54,249 bases of DNA from an uncultured Prevotellaceae bacterium (lineage in GTDB: Bacteria; Bacteroidota; Bacteroidia; Bacteroidales; Bacteroidaceae): contig CAMOVB010000001.1 of NCBI GenBank assembly GCA_946626925.1, positions 1 to 54,249 on the forward strand. The letters run 5' to 3'. The notes beneath the pieces are model-generated. The model saw only the letters and a list, made by a program, of their open reading frames with translations, did no database searches and was not told the DNA's origin. Below are positions 1 through 8,215 of this stretch, piece after piece (position 1 is the first letter of the stretch; every line of letters begins with the position of its first letter). Both the position numbers and the translations under genes were made by a program.

Positions 1-1
1 T

Positions 2-664
2 GTGTGTCTTGACGTTACACACAAGGACCCAGAGGAGACAAAGAAGCACTTCCCAAATATCTATGCCAAGTGTCTCTCTATCGGCATAGACATCACAAAG
101 CAGTATATTCCTGTTGCTCCTTCGGCACACTACATGTGTGGAGGTATTCAGGTTGACCTCGACGGTCAGAGTTCTATCAAGCGTCTCTATGCCGTGGGCG
201 AGTGTTCATGCACAGGTCTCCATGGAGGAAACCGTCTTGCAAGCAACTCACTCATTGAAGCTGTTGTATATGCTGATGCTGCTGCAAAGCACTCACTTGA
301 GGTTATTGACAATTACGACTTCAACGAGAACATACCTGAGTGGAATGATGAGGGAACAATGACCAACGAGGAGAAGGTGCTTATTGCACAGGATGCCAAG
401 GAGGTGGGACAGATTATGTCAACCTACGTGGGTATCGTGCGTTCTGACCTTCGACTTCATCGTGCATGGGAGCGTCTTGACCTTCTCTATGAGGAGACAG
501 AGCATCTCTTCAAGCGTGTGAAACCAACAAGGGACATCTGCGAATTACGTAACATGATTAACGTTGGTTATCTCATCACGCGTCAGGCACTTGAGCGCAA
601 GGAGAGCCGTGGTCTTCACTATACTGTTGACTACGAAAAGCATGCGCTTGACAAGAAAAAGTAA
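2..664 (+). CDS. nadB: L-aspartate oxidase, C-terminal part (gene begins left of the window)
   Basis: The ORF is open at the window edge. HYMCGGIQVD...LYAVGECSCTGLHGGNRLASNSLIEAVVY is the conserved FAD/capping-domain stretch of NadB-type flavoproteins. Confidence 0.85.
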   Translation: MCLDVTHKDPEETKKHFPNIYAKCLSIGIDITKQYIPVAPSAHYMCGGIQVDLDGQSSIKRLYAVGECSCTGLHGGNRLASNSLIEAVVYADAAAKHSLEVIDNYDFNENIPEWNDEGTMTNEEKVLIAQDAKEVGQIMSTYVGIVRSDLRLHRAWERLDLLYEETEHLFKRVKPTRDICELRNMINVGYLITRQALERKESRGLHYTVDYEKHALDKKK

Positions 665-670
665 TTTGAT

Positions 671-754
671 GTAAAAAGTGAAAAACGAAAAGTGAAAAAT
701 ATAAAGAACCCTTGAGTAATGAGTATTTTTCACTTTTCACTATTCATTTTTTAC
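671..754. repeat. Inverted repeat built from GTGAAAA words, just after the nadB stop
   Basis: gtaaaaagtgaaaaacgaaaagtgaaaaatat ... gtatttttcacttttcactattcattttttac. Same family as 5464-5569. Confidence 0.7.
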
Positions 755-818
755 TCAAAATAATATTAACACAAATAAATACCGTCATTCCTTGACAACT
801 AAAAAGGAAAACAAAAAA

Positions 819-3617
819 ATGAAAAAAATCTTTTTAGCATTAAGTATGCTTTTCTGTGCGGTCGTAAACGTATCAGCACAGAACATGAATGTGCCAGCAG
901 ACCCTCAGATTAAGAAGGGCACTCTGCCAAACGGCTTGACTTATTACATTCGTCACAACGAGTGGCCAGAGAAGAGAGCATTCTTCTATATTGCTCAGAA
1001 CGTAGGTTCTATGCAGGAGGAAGATAACCAGCTCGGTCTTGCTCACTTCCTTGAGCACATGTGTTTCAACGGAACGAAGAACTTCCCTGGTGACAACCTC
1101 AAGAAGTATCTTGAGAAGATTGGTGTCAAGTTCGGCGAGAACCTTAACGCCTATACTTCGTTTGACGAGACAGTATATAACATCGACAACGTGAACGTGG
1201 AGATTCCAGGAGCCATTGACTCTTGTCTCCTCATCCTTCACGACTGGAGCCACGACCTTCTCCTCGAAGACAAGGAGATTGACAAGGAGCGTGGTGTCAT
1301 CAATGAGGAATGGCGTATGCGTCGTAGTGCCATGATGCGTATGCAGGAAGAAGCCTTCAAGGAGGTTTACCCTGGAAGTAAGTACGCTAACCGTATGCCT
1401 ATCGGTACTATGGACATCGTTATGCACTTCCCTTACAAGGCACTCCGCGACTACTACAAGCAATGGTACCGTCCTGACCTTCAGGCTATCGTTATCGTAG
1501 GTGACGTGAATGTGGATGAGGTAGAGAACAAGATTAAGAACACATTTGCAGACATCAAGGCTGCAGAGAATCCAAGCCAGCGTGTATTCTTCCCTGTTCC
1601 TGACAATAAGGAGCCTATCGTATCAATCCAGAAGGACAAGGAGCAGTCACGTTGCATGATTCAGCTTATGTGGAAGTCACCAGCATTCCCACGTGAGATG
1701 AAGCCTACAATCCAGTATGTAGCCATGAACTACATCACAGAGGCTATCAGCAGCATGTTCCAGGAGCGCATAAGCGACATCGTCACTAAGCCTAATCCTC
1801 CATTCATCGGTGCAGGATTCGGATATGATGAATTCCTTGTAGCAAAGACTATGGATTGTTTCTATGGTGGTGTTCAGTTCAAGGATAATGGTGAGAAAGA
1901 AGCAGTTCAGGCTCTCTATCGCGAGATTCTCCGTGCTAAGCGTTTCGGTTTCACAGCTGGCGAATATGAGCGTTTCAAGGCAGAATACCTCTCACAGGTA
2001 GAGCGTTCTTATCTCCACAGAGACAAGATTGAGAGTGCCAACTTCGTTAACCAGTGTGTTCGCAACTTCCTCGACAACGAGCCTATGAACAATATCGAGT
2101 GGGAATATGCTACAATGAACCAGTTGGTACCTTCTATTCCTCTTGAGGCAATCAACCAGACTCTCAAGCAGCTTCCAGACTCTAACCTCGTAATTCTCGA
2201 ATTTGCTCCAGACAAGGAAGGCATCAACCTCCCTACTAAGGAACAACTCATCAGCTACATCAAGGCTGTAGAGAGTGAGAACATCGAACCACTCAAGGAA
2301 GAGGTAAACAACGAACCACTCATCTCTGCACTTCCTAAGGAAGGAAAGGTAAAGAGCATCAAGGACGCACCATTTGGTTCTAAGGTCATCACCCTCAAGA
2401 ACGGTATCAAGGTATATGTAAAGCAGACAGACTTCTCACCTAACCAGATTTCAATGTCAGCAACAAGCTGGGGAGGTAACTCTCTCTATAGCGATGATGA
2501 ATATCTCCAGACAAGCAATGCCGACATGATATCAATTGGTGGTATCGGTTCACTCAGCAACACAGACCTCAACAAGAGACTGTCAGGTATTCAGGCATCA
2601 GCTTCACCTTACATCTCTTCTCGTGAGGAAGGCATCTCCGGCTCTTGCGTAAAGAAGGACTTCGAGACTCTCCTCCAGCTCACTTATCTCCGCTTCACAG
2701 CTCCACGTATGGACAACGATGCGTTCACATCACAGATTCAGCGTTCAAAGGCAAGCCTCAAGAACAATGAACTTAATCCACAGACAGCACTTCAGGACAC
2801 TATCGCAAAGGTAATATATAACGATGTTCCACGTGCTAAGCGTCTTCGTGCAGACGACCTCGACGGCATCAACTTTGACCGTTGTATGGAGATTTACAAG
2901 GAGCGTTTTGCTGATGGTGACGACTTCACATTCTTCTTCGTGGGTGACCTCAACGCAGATTCTGTAGCACCACTCATCGCTAAGTATCTTGGCGCACTCC
3001 CAACAGTCAAGGGAAACGAGACTTACAAGACCATCAACTATACTATGGTCAAGGGTAACGTAAAGAACGTGTTCGAAAAGGAACAGGAGACTCCAAACGC
3101 TCTCGTACTCTTCATCTACAACGCACCAATGAAGGCAACTCTCAAGAACATCCTTGCTATTGACATCCTTGAGCAGGTACTCACTTCACTCTACACTCAG
3201 ACAGTACGTGAGGACGAAGGTGGAGCATACTCTGTAGGCGTTAACTCAAATATCTCTGACTACCCAGAGGAGACAGGTATCGTACAGATTTATCTTCCTA
3301 CAGCACCAGACAAGCTTGCTCGCATGACAGAGGTTGTCAACAATGGTATTGCACAGATTCTCAAGGACGGTCCTGCTGCCGAGGAAGTTGACAAGGCTAA
3401 GCAGTATCTCATCCGCAGCCATGCTGAGAAACTCAAGAATAATGGCTACTGGATGAACCAGCTCAAGAACATCGTTCGTGAAAACAAGAACTATGTTGAC
3501 TCTTACGAGGAGACTGTAAATGCCATCACTATTGAGGACATCACAGCTGTTGCCAAGACAATCCTCAACAGCGGCAACAGAATTGAAGTAGGAATGACAA
3601 GTCCATTGGAAAAGTAA
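819..3617 (+). CDS. Secreted M16 (pitrilysin/insulinase) family zinc peptidase, two-lobed long form
   Basis: HFLEH (inverted HxxEH zinc motif) followed by NAYTSFDETVY. Signal peptide MKKIFLALSMLFCAVVNVSAQ. ATG at 819 is preferred over the in-frame TTG at 792. Confidence 0.85.
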   Translation: MKKIFLALSMLFCAVVNVSAQNMNVPADPQIKKGTLPNGLTYYIRHNEWPEKRAFFYIAQNVGSMQEEDNQLGLAHFLEHMCFNGTKNFPGDNLKKYLEKIGVKFGENLNAYTSFDETVYNIDNVNVEIPGAIDSCLLILHDWSHDLLLEDKEIDKERGVINEEWRMRRSAMMRMQEEAFKEVYPGSKYANRMPIGTMDIVMHFPYKALRDYYKQWYRPDLQAIVIVGDVNVDEVENKIKNTFADIKAAENPSQRVFFPVPDNKEPIVSIQKDKEQSRCMIQLMWKSPAFPREMKPTIQYVAMNYITEAISSMFQERISDIVTKPNPPFIGAGFGYDEFLVAKTMDCFYGGVQFKDNGEKEAVQALYREILRAKRFGFTAGEYERFKAEYLSQVERSYLHRDKIESANFVNQCVRNFLDNEPMNNIEWEYATMNQLVPSIPLEAINQTLKQLPDSNLVILEFAPDKEGINLPTKEQLISYIKAVESENIEPLKEEVNNEPLISALPKEGKVKSIKDAPFGSKVITLKNGIKVYVKQTDFSPNQISMSATSWGGNSLYSDDEYLQTSNADMISIGGIGSLSNTDLNKRLSGIQASASPYISSREEGISGSCVKKDFETLLQLTYLRFTAPRMDNDAFTSQIQRSKASLKNNELNPQTALQDTIAKVIYNDVPRAKRLRADDLDGINFDRCMEIYKERFADGDDFTFFFVGDLNADSVAPLIAKYLGALPTVKGNETYKTINYTMVKGNVKNVFEKEQETPNALVLFIYNAPMKATLKNILAIDILEQVLTSLYTQTVREDEGGAYSVGVNSNISDYPEETGIVQIYLPTAPDKLARMTEVVNNGIAQILKDGPAAEEVDKAKQYLIRSHAEKLKNNGYWMNQLKNIVRENKNYVDSYEETVNAITIEDITAVAKTILNSGNRIEVGMTSPLEK

Positions 3618-3623
3618 GAAACA

Positions 3624-3702
3624 GAGTTATGGGTTGTGAGTTATGAATTGTGAGACAAGACTCGCAAAAGACTCATAACTTATAACTCATAGCTCACAAC
3701 TC
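3624..3702. repeat. Imperfect inverted repeat built from GAGTTATG/GTTGTGAG words, after the M16 peptidase stop
   Basis: gagttatgggttgtgagttatgaattgtgag ... ctcataacttataactcatagctcacaactc. 23 of 31 positions pair, more if G-U pairs are allowed. Confidence 0.6.
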
Positions 3703-3708
3703 AAAGAA

Positions 3709-4155
3709 ATGACTCGCTTATTTCATGCGAAAATATCAATAGGAAATTATGTGCTACTGTCAGTTCTGCTGACAGTAGCCATTTATTTCGTATGGCAGAT
3801 ACCATTTGGCTCACGCCAGATACTTGGTGCCATTGTTTGCATAATACTCCTGACAATGGTTATCATTGTGGAAAGAATGATAAACACCACCTACACACTT
3901 ACTGACGATGGTTTGCTTATCATTCACAAGGGACGATTTGCAAAGGATATCGTTGTCAGCGTGGATGACATTACTGAGATGACACATTCCGACCAGATAA
4001 GCCTGTTTGGAAAGGGATTGTATTCATCACTAATAATCGAGACAAAGGACAATGGCAAGATTGCTATCAGACCAGACAACGAGGCTGATTTTGTCAACAA
4101 GGTAAACAAACTTATAAACAGAAACAACGAATACGAAGATGATGAAGAAGATTAG
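3709..4155 (+). CDS. Small membrane protein with a bacterial PH-like soluble domain; function unknown
   Basis: 148-aa ORF with two N-terminal hydrophobic helices, then YTLTDDGLLIIHKGRF..., as in bPH/YdbS-type proteins. It overlaps the dacB start by 17 nt. Confidence 0.5.
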   Translation: MTRLFHAKISIGNYVLLSVLLTVAIYFVWQIPFGSRQILGAIVCIILLTMVIIVERMINTTYTLTDDGLLIIHKGRFAKDIVVSVDDITEMTHSDQISLFGKGLYSSLIIETKDNGKIAIRPDNEADFVNKVNKLINRNNEYEDDEED

Positions 4156-5458
4156 CATTGCTTCACTTTTACTTGCCTTCTGCATGGGGGCGTGGGCACA
4201 GGACATCAACACTACCGATGACCTTGTTGCCAACGACACCATAGACGCAGACACCATATCTTGGGAAGAAGAGGTAAAGGCAGGACTTAACATTATGGCT
4301 GAAGAGGCAAGAAATGCCTACTACACAGTCGGAATGAGTGTCTATGACCTGAGTGCAGACTCTTCACTCTTCACATTCAACGACAAGAAGGTTCTACGAC
4401 CAGCATCAACAGAGAAGTTGCTTACTGCCATCTCTGCTCTCAGTATCCTCGGCGGTACTCACGAATACCACACCAAGGCATACTATACTGGAAGCATAGC
4501 TGACAGCACACTCAATGGCGACATCTATGTCGTGGGTGATATGGACCCTACTTACACGTATGATAAGTTGTGCGAACTTGCAAAGTACATACAGGACCAG
4601 GGCATCAAGAGCATCAAGGGAAAGCTTTATGCAGACATCAGTATGAAGGACTCACTCCTCTATGGCAACGGATGGTGCTGGGACGATGTTCCTTCCAAGT
4701 ATGAGCCTTACCTCCCAGCCTTGCTCTTTGACCGCGGACAGAACTCGCCAGCATCAACAAAGTATTCTGACGATGTGAACTTCCGTCCATGGCTTCACTT
4801 CATGAAGACGCTTGGCGATGTACTACAGTCCAACGGTGTAAGTAGTCTCAGTGCCGAGGGAGATACCCTCGAGGCATTTCCTTATGGAGTGCAGAACCTG
4901 CCTCTCAGGGGCAGACGCTGTTTCTACACTGAGAGCACAACCATAGAGACCGTGCTTCAGCGCATGATGAAGAACTCCGACAACCTATATGCCGAATCAA
5001 TGTTCTGGCAATTGGCTAAGTTCAACAAGGGCAAGACTTGTACCTACAAGGACGGTGTGCGCCACGTGGAGAACACCATCCGTCGCGCAGGAGCATCCAC
5101 AGACCAAGTGAAGATTGTGGATGGTAGTGGCGTCAGTCTCTACAACTACCACTCAGCAAACACTCAGATTGCCCTCTTACGTTACGCTTACGCCCACGAA
5201 GACATTTTCAAGTATCTTTACCCATCCCTTCCTGTTTCGGGCAAGGACGGCACGCTCAGCGACCGTATGGGTAAGAGTAATGCACGATACAACGTACACG
5301 CCAAGACAGGAACACTCACAGGAGTAAGCAGCCTTAGCGGTTACATCACCGCATCCAACGGTCACACCCTTGCGTTCTCCATCATCATCAACGGAGTGCT
5401 CAAGAACTCAGTGGGACAGAACTTCCAAGACCGAGTGTGCGAAATTTTAGCAAGATAA
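4139..5458 (+). CDS. dacB: D-alanyl-D-alanine carboxypeptidase/endopeptidase (PBP4, peptidase S13)
   Basis: Signal peptide, SxxK (STEK), SxN (SDN) and KTG (HAKTGTL) motifs in the correct order and spacing. Confidence 0.85.
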   Translation: MMKKISIASLLLAFCMGAWAQDINTTDDLVANDTIDADTISWEEEVKAGLNIMAEEARNAYYTVGMSVYDLSADSSLFTFNDKKVLRPASTEKLLTAISALSILGGTHEYHTKAYYTGSIADSTLNGDIYVVGDMDPTYTYDKLCELAKYIQDQGIKSIKGKLYADISMKDSLLYGNGWCWDDVPSKYEPYLPALLFDRGQNSPASTKYSDDVNFRPWLHFMKTLGDVLQSNGVSSLSAEGDTLEAFPYGVQNLPLRGRRCFYTESTTIETVLQRMMKNSDNLYAESMFWQLAKFNKGKTCTYKDGVRHVENTIRRAGASTDQVKIVDGSGVSLYNYHSANTQIALLRYAYAHEDIFKYLYPSLPVSGKDGTLSDRMGKSNARYNVHAKTGTLTGVSSLSGYITASNGHTLAFSIIINGVLKNSVGQNFQDRVCEILAR

Positions 5459-5463
5459 AATCA

Positions 5464-5569
5464 AGTGAAAAGTGAAGAGTGAAAAATGTAGATTACCTAA
5501 GATACTTAGGGAAACGCATTTACCAAAGAGTAAAATGTATTTTTCACTTTTCACTCTTCACTTTTCACT
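5464..5569. repeat. Inverted repeat built from GTGAAAAGTGAAGA words, just after the dacB stop
   Basis: agtgaaaagtgaagagtgaaaaatgta ... tgtatttttcacttttcactcttcacttttcact. Confidence 0.75.
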
Positions 5570-5586
5570 AAAAAAAATAATAACCA

Positions 5587-6210
5587 ATGACTACCAAAAA
5601 ACTTATTTCAACCGCCATGGCACTGGCAATATGTGCCACACTCCATGCCCAGGATACCGATACCACCAAGACTGATATAGACCAGTGGCAGGAGTTGAAA
5701 GAAGAGAATATCGTCAATCCTTTCTCTAAGGGAAATCAGTTCTCCATACACTTCGATAAACTCACAGACACCGAGTGGCACTATCCACTCCCTGGAGCTA
5801 AGGTAATAAGCCAATACGGAGGCAAACGCCGTCATGCCGGTACCGACATCAAGACACGACCTAACGACACCATATATGCTGCTTTCCCGGGCAAGGTAGT
5901 CATGTCGAAGATATACTACGCATACGGCAACACCGTCATCATCCGTCATGCCAACGGACTTGAGACTCTCTACAGTCATCAGTCCAAGAACCTCGTCAAG
6001 GAAGGACAATGGGTCAAGGCTGGTCATCCGATAGGTCTCACAGGACGTACAGGACGTGCCACTACCGAGCATTGCCACTTCGAGACACGTGTCAACGGCA
6101 AGACCTTCGACAGTAGCAAGCTCTATGACCATGCAAAAAATACCATCAAGCGTTTCAAGTTCACCTTCACTAAGCAGCCTAATGGCTCAGTAAGGATAAG
6201 TCAGGAATAA
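5587..6210 (+). CDS. M23 (LytM-type) metallopeptidase
   Basis: Signal peptide; HxxxD (HAGTDIK) and HxH (HCHFE) zinc-ligand motifs. Confidence 0.85.
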   Translation: MTTKKLISTAMALAICATLHAQDTDTTKTDIDQWQELKEENIVNPFSKGNQFSIHFDKLTDTEWHYPLPGAKVISQYGGKRRHAGTDIKTRPNDTIYAAFPGKVVMSKIYYAYGNTVIIRHANGLETLYSHQSKNLVKEGQWVKAGHPIGLTGRTGRATTEHCHFETRVNGKTFDSSKLYDHAKNTIKRFKFTFTKQPNGSVRISQE

Positions 6211-6266
6211 GCACATTGATATACTGTTTCTAAGAAACGAATATTTAAATCGTAACGGATATAAAG

Positions 6267-6367
6267 AAAACGAAAATTTAGAAAATTAAAGAAAATTTCA
6301 TTCAAAACACAGAGGTCACAGAGAACTCAGAGTTAAATTTTCTTTAATTTTCTAAATTTACGTTTTT
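6267..6367. repeat. Inverted-repeat element with arms AAAACGAAAATTTAGAAAATTAAAGAAAATTT around a 37-bp insert
   Basis: Arms at 6267-6298 and 6336-6367, with one mismatch. The left arm is identical to that of the 51853-51996 copy. Confidence 0.85.
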
Positions 6368-6410
6368 TTCATGTCTCCTGATTTTCACAAAGAAGAGAAA
6401 CACAGTATTA

Positions 6411-6698
6411 TCAATCATGTCGCTCCTTCAACCATAAAATCAGCAAAAGAACAGCTACAACGACATCAACTACATTCCACATCATGCGCCCAAGGGCAAT
6501 CTTGAAGAATGGCTGAAATAACAACGCAAGTGATACAAACGTAATGGTTAAAGTTCCATTGCTTTGTTCACTATATCGGTATGCCATTACACCAAAAGCA
6601 ACCATCGACACAAAACGGACTAGCATAAAATATCCGTAAGGCATCGGAAGAAGACAAAGGAATAATAGTACCGAAATAATAAGATACAAATGTTTCAT
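6411..6698 (-). CDS. Small three-helix membrane protein; function unknown
   Basis: 95-aa ORF made almost entirely of three hydrophobic segments. It is the last gene of a tightly packed three-gene unit (gap of 2 nt to the upstream ORF). From memory it resembles small DUF-type Bacteroidota membrane proteins; unverified. Confidence 0.5.
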   Translation of the reverse strand: MKHLYLIISVLLFLCLLPMPYGYFMLVRFVSMVAFGVMAYRYSEQSNGTLTITFVSLALLFQPFFKIALGRMMWNVVDVVVAVLLLILWLKERHD

Positions 6699-6700
6699 AA

Positions 6701-6964
6701 TTATCTCATGTGTGCTGGTTCAAATTCATCTTCATATATGGTTTCATCCATAATAGAATGAAGAGAGTCAATCTCATCTTTCAACTCCAATAACCCATCT
6801 TTATTGGCATGTCCTTGGCTCAAAAGAGAATCTATTATGTATTCCATATCCTCTACTGATGAATACATATCATCTAAATCCGATTCCTTAATGCTATATG
6901 TCTGTTCTTTGCAACTATACAAAAGAACCATTGACAAAAAAAGTGTAAATGTGGCTTTTTTCAT
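6701..6964 (-). CDS. Small, very acidic putative lipoprotein; function unknown
   Basis: 87 aa. Signal sequence ending LLYSC (lipobox-like Cys), then a D/E-rich sequence. 4-nt overlap with the upstream ORF. Confidence 0.5.
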   Translation of the reverse strand: MKKATFTLFLSMVLLYSCKEQTYSIKESDLDDMYSSVEDMEYIIDSLLSQGHANKDGLLELKDEIDSLHSIMDETIYEDEFEPAHMR

Positions 6965-7371
6965 TTCTTAAACCTTTTGTTTAATAAATGCTTTATTATT
7001 TTTAAGAATTTTATTATCAAATATGCGATAAATGGGATGGTTATAACATAGAATAACAATTCTGACAAATCATAATCGTCAATATTATAACTGTCAAATG
7101 GATAGAATTTTTCTTGTGGATTAGGATATACGTAGCTAAAACCACCAATATAATTACGGGATGTACGTATTACATGACTGGCATTAGTATATAGACTTAA
7201 ATGGATTAATAGCCATACGACATAGAGAATAGTTATCTTTTTATGAATTTGATAAAAAGATTTTACATGCGAAATAAAATTTGATGCTGAGCTGTTTTGG
7301 TTTGCACCACAATTAGGACAATATTTACTGTCATCCATTGGTAGTTCTTTTCCACAATTTTTACAAAACAT
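6961..7371 (-). CDS. Zinc-ribbon domain membrane protein; function unknown
   Basis: MFCKNCGKELPMDDSKYCPNCGANQ (CxxC-N12-CxxC zinc ribbon) followed by two hydrophobic helices. ATG at 7371 is preferred; the ORF track extends to a GTG at 7449. Confidence 0.55.
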   Translation of the reverse strand: MFCKNCGKELPMDDSKYCPNCGANQNSSASNFISHVKSFYQIHKKITILYVVWLLIHLSLYTNASHVIRTSRNYIGGFSYVYPNPQEKFYPFDSYNIDDYDLSELLFYVITIPFIAYLIIKFLKIIKHLLNKRFKK

Positions 7372-7868
7372 ACAATACGCATTTTGCGACACAGCAAAAA
7401 GAAAGGTGTGAAACTTTCTTGATTGCCAATTCCAGGTATCGCCAAACACCTATACTCATACAACCATGAAGCCCACACCGTACGGTGAGAGCATCCACTT
7501 TTATTGTTGATGAGCAATCTTCATTTTGGCGATTTCGGAATTGCATCAAGTAAAAGCAAACACTTTCCTATATCCTATGTCAAGTTAAACAATTATTTCT
7601 GTTTCTTTATTATTGATTTTAAATTGTTAATAATCTTTACGCATGCAAATATACAACATATTTTTAATATCCAAACAATTCAATAAAGTTTTTACGCAAC
7701 TGCCCAAAACATAGAGTGATTGTTTTTAAGGTCATTTTTGCCGTTTTGATTTTAACAATTCATACAATATTAACTGTTACAAATTTAACTTTTTAACATA
7801 TTCTTTTCGCGTTATGACTATTCAAGATACAGAAACATCATTGTATCAACATGCAAAAAATAGAAACA

Positions 7869-8137
7869 AATACTACGAAACGTAAGTTTTGTTTCTTCGT
7901 TCTTCCTCCGATGATGCTCCGTCGTGACTCCGTTGATCCTCCTATGTAAGTCCGTAGAATGTCCACCGCATCTCCACCGCATCTCCACCGAATGTCCATC
8001 GATTCGGTGGACATTCGATGGAGATATGATGGACATCCGATGAGGTTGATACGGAGTCAGAACGAAGGATCAACGGAGAATCATCGGAGTTACGACGGAG
8101 AGGCGGCAAATGGGAAACGAAATGAGAACGAAAAAAT
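7869..8137. repeat. Mirror-symmetric double array of a degenerate 11-bp repeat (long imperfect palindrome)
   Basis: About 10-11 units of nnnnCTCCGYY (7869/7891-8000) face 12 units of RRYGGAGnnnn (8006-8137). The symmetry centre is at 7997/7998 (ccaccgaat-N8-attcggtgg). Confidence 0.85.
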
Positions 8138-8215
8138 AATGATGACTGAGATGATTGAATTATGGTTGTTAATTTAACAACTTGACTTTATTTTTTGATA
8201 TGTGAAGTTAAGAAG

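Noticed and set aside
873-1463. Long antisense or alternative-frame ORFs inside strong genes (also 5608-6132, 29209-29826, 42732-43160, 50879-51421 and many 60-110-aa ORFs inside the giant genes)
   Set aside because: These are shadow ORFs opposite or out of frame with genes that have unambiguous family motifs. Their translations are low-complexity and have no recognisable motifs.
2825-2835. TGTTCCACGTG inside the M16 peptidase gene, a possible third parS
   Set aside because: Only the left half matches. The right half (CTAAG) does not fit AAACA, so this is most likely a chance half-site within coding sequence.
5472-5675. 67-aa ORF spanning the GTGAAAA-word palindrome, and likewise 38727-38930 spanning the CACAGAGAAC palindrome
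   Set aside because: The sequence is dominated by the inverted-repeat words (FSLFTLHFSL, TENAENTEDS). Such ORFs are artefacts of the repeat elements.
6267-6367. Calling the inverted-repeat elements MITEs or IS remnants (mobile_element)
   Set aside because: No transposase, no obvious target-site duplications, and inserts of only 37-81 bp that differ between copies. Mobility is unproven, so they are listed as repeats.
7818-8177. Two 72-aa ORFs on opposite strands (7818-8036 minus, 7959-8177 plus) with mirror-like His/Arg-rich sequences
   Set aside because: They are automatic by-products of the imperfect palindrome. The underlying repeat period is 11 bp, which is not a codon multiple. There is no signal of selection for coding, and the ORFs overlap each other across the symmetry centre.
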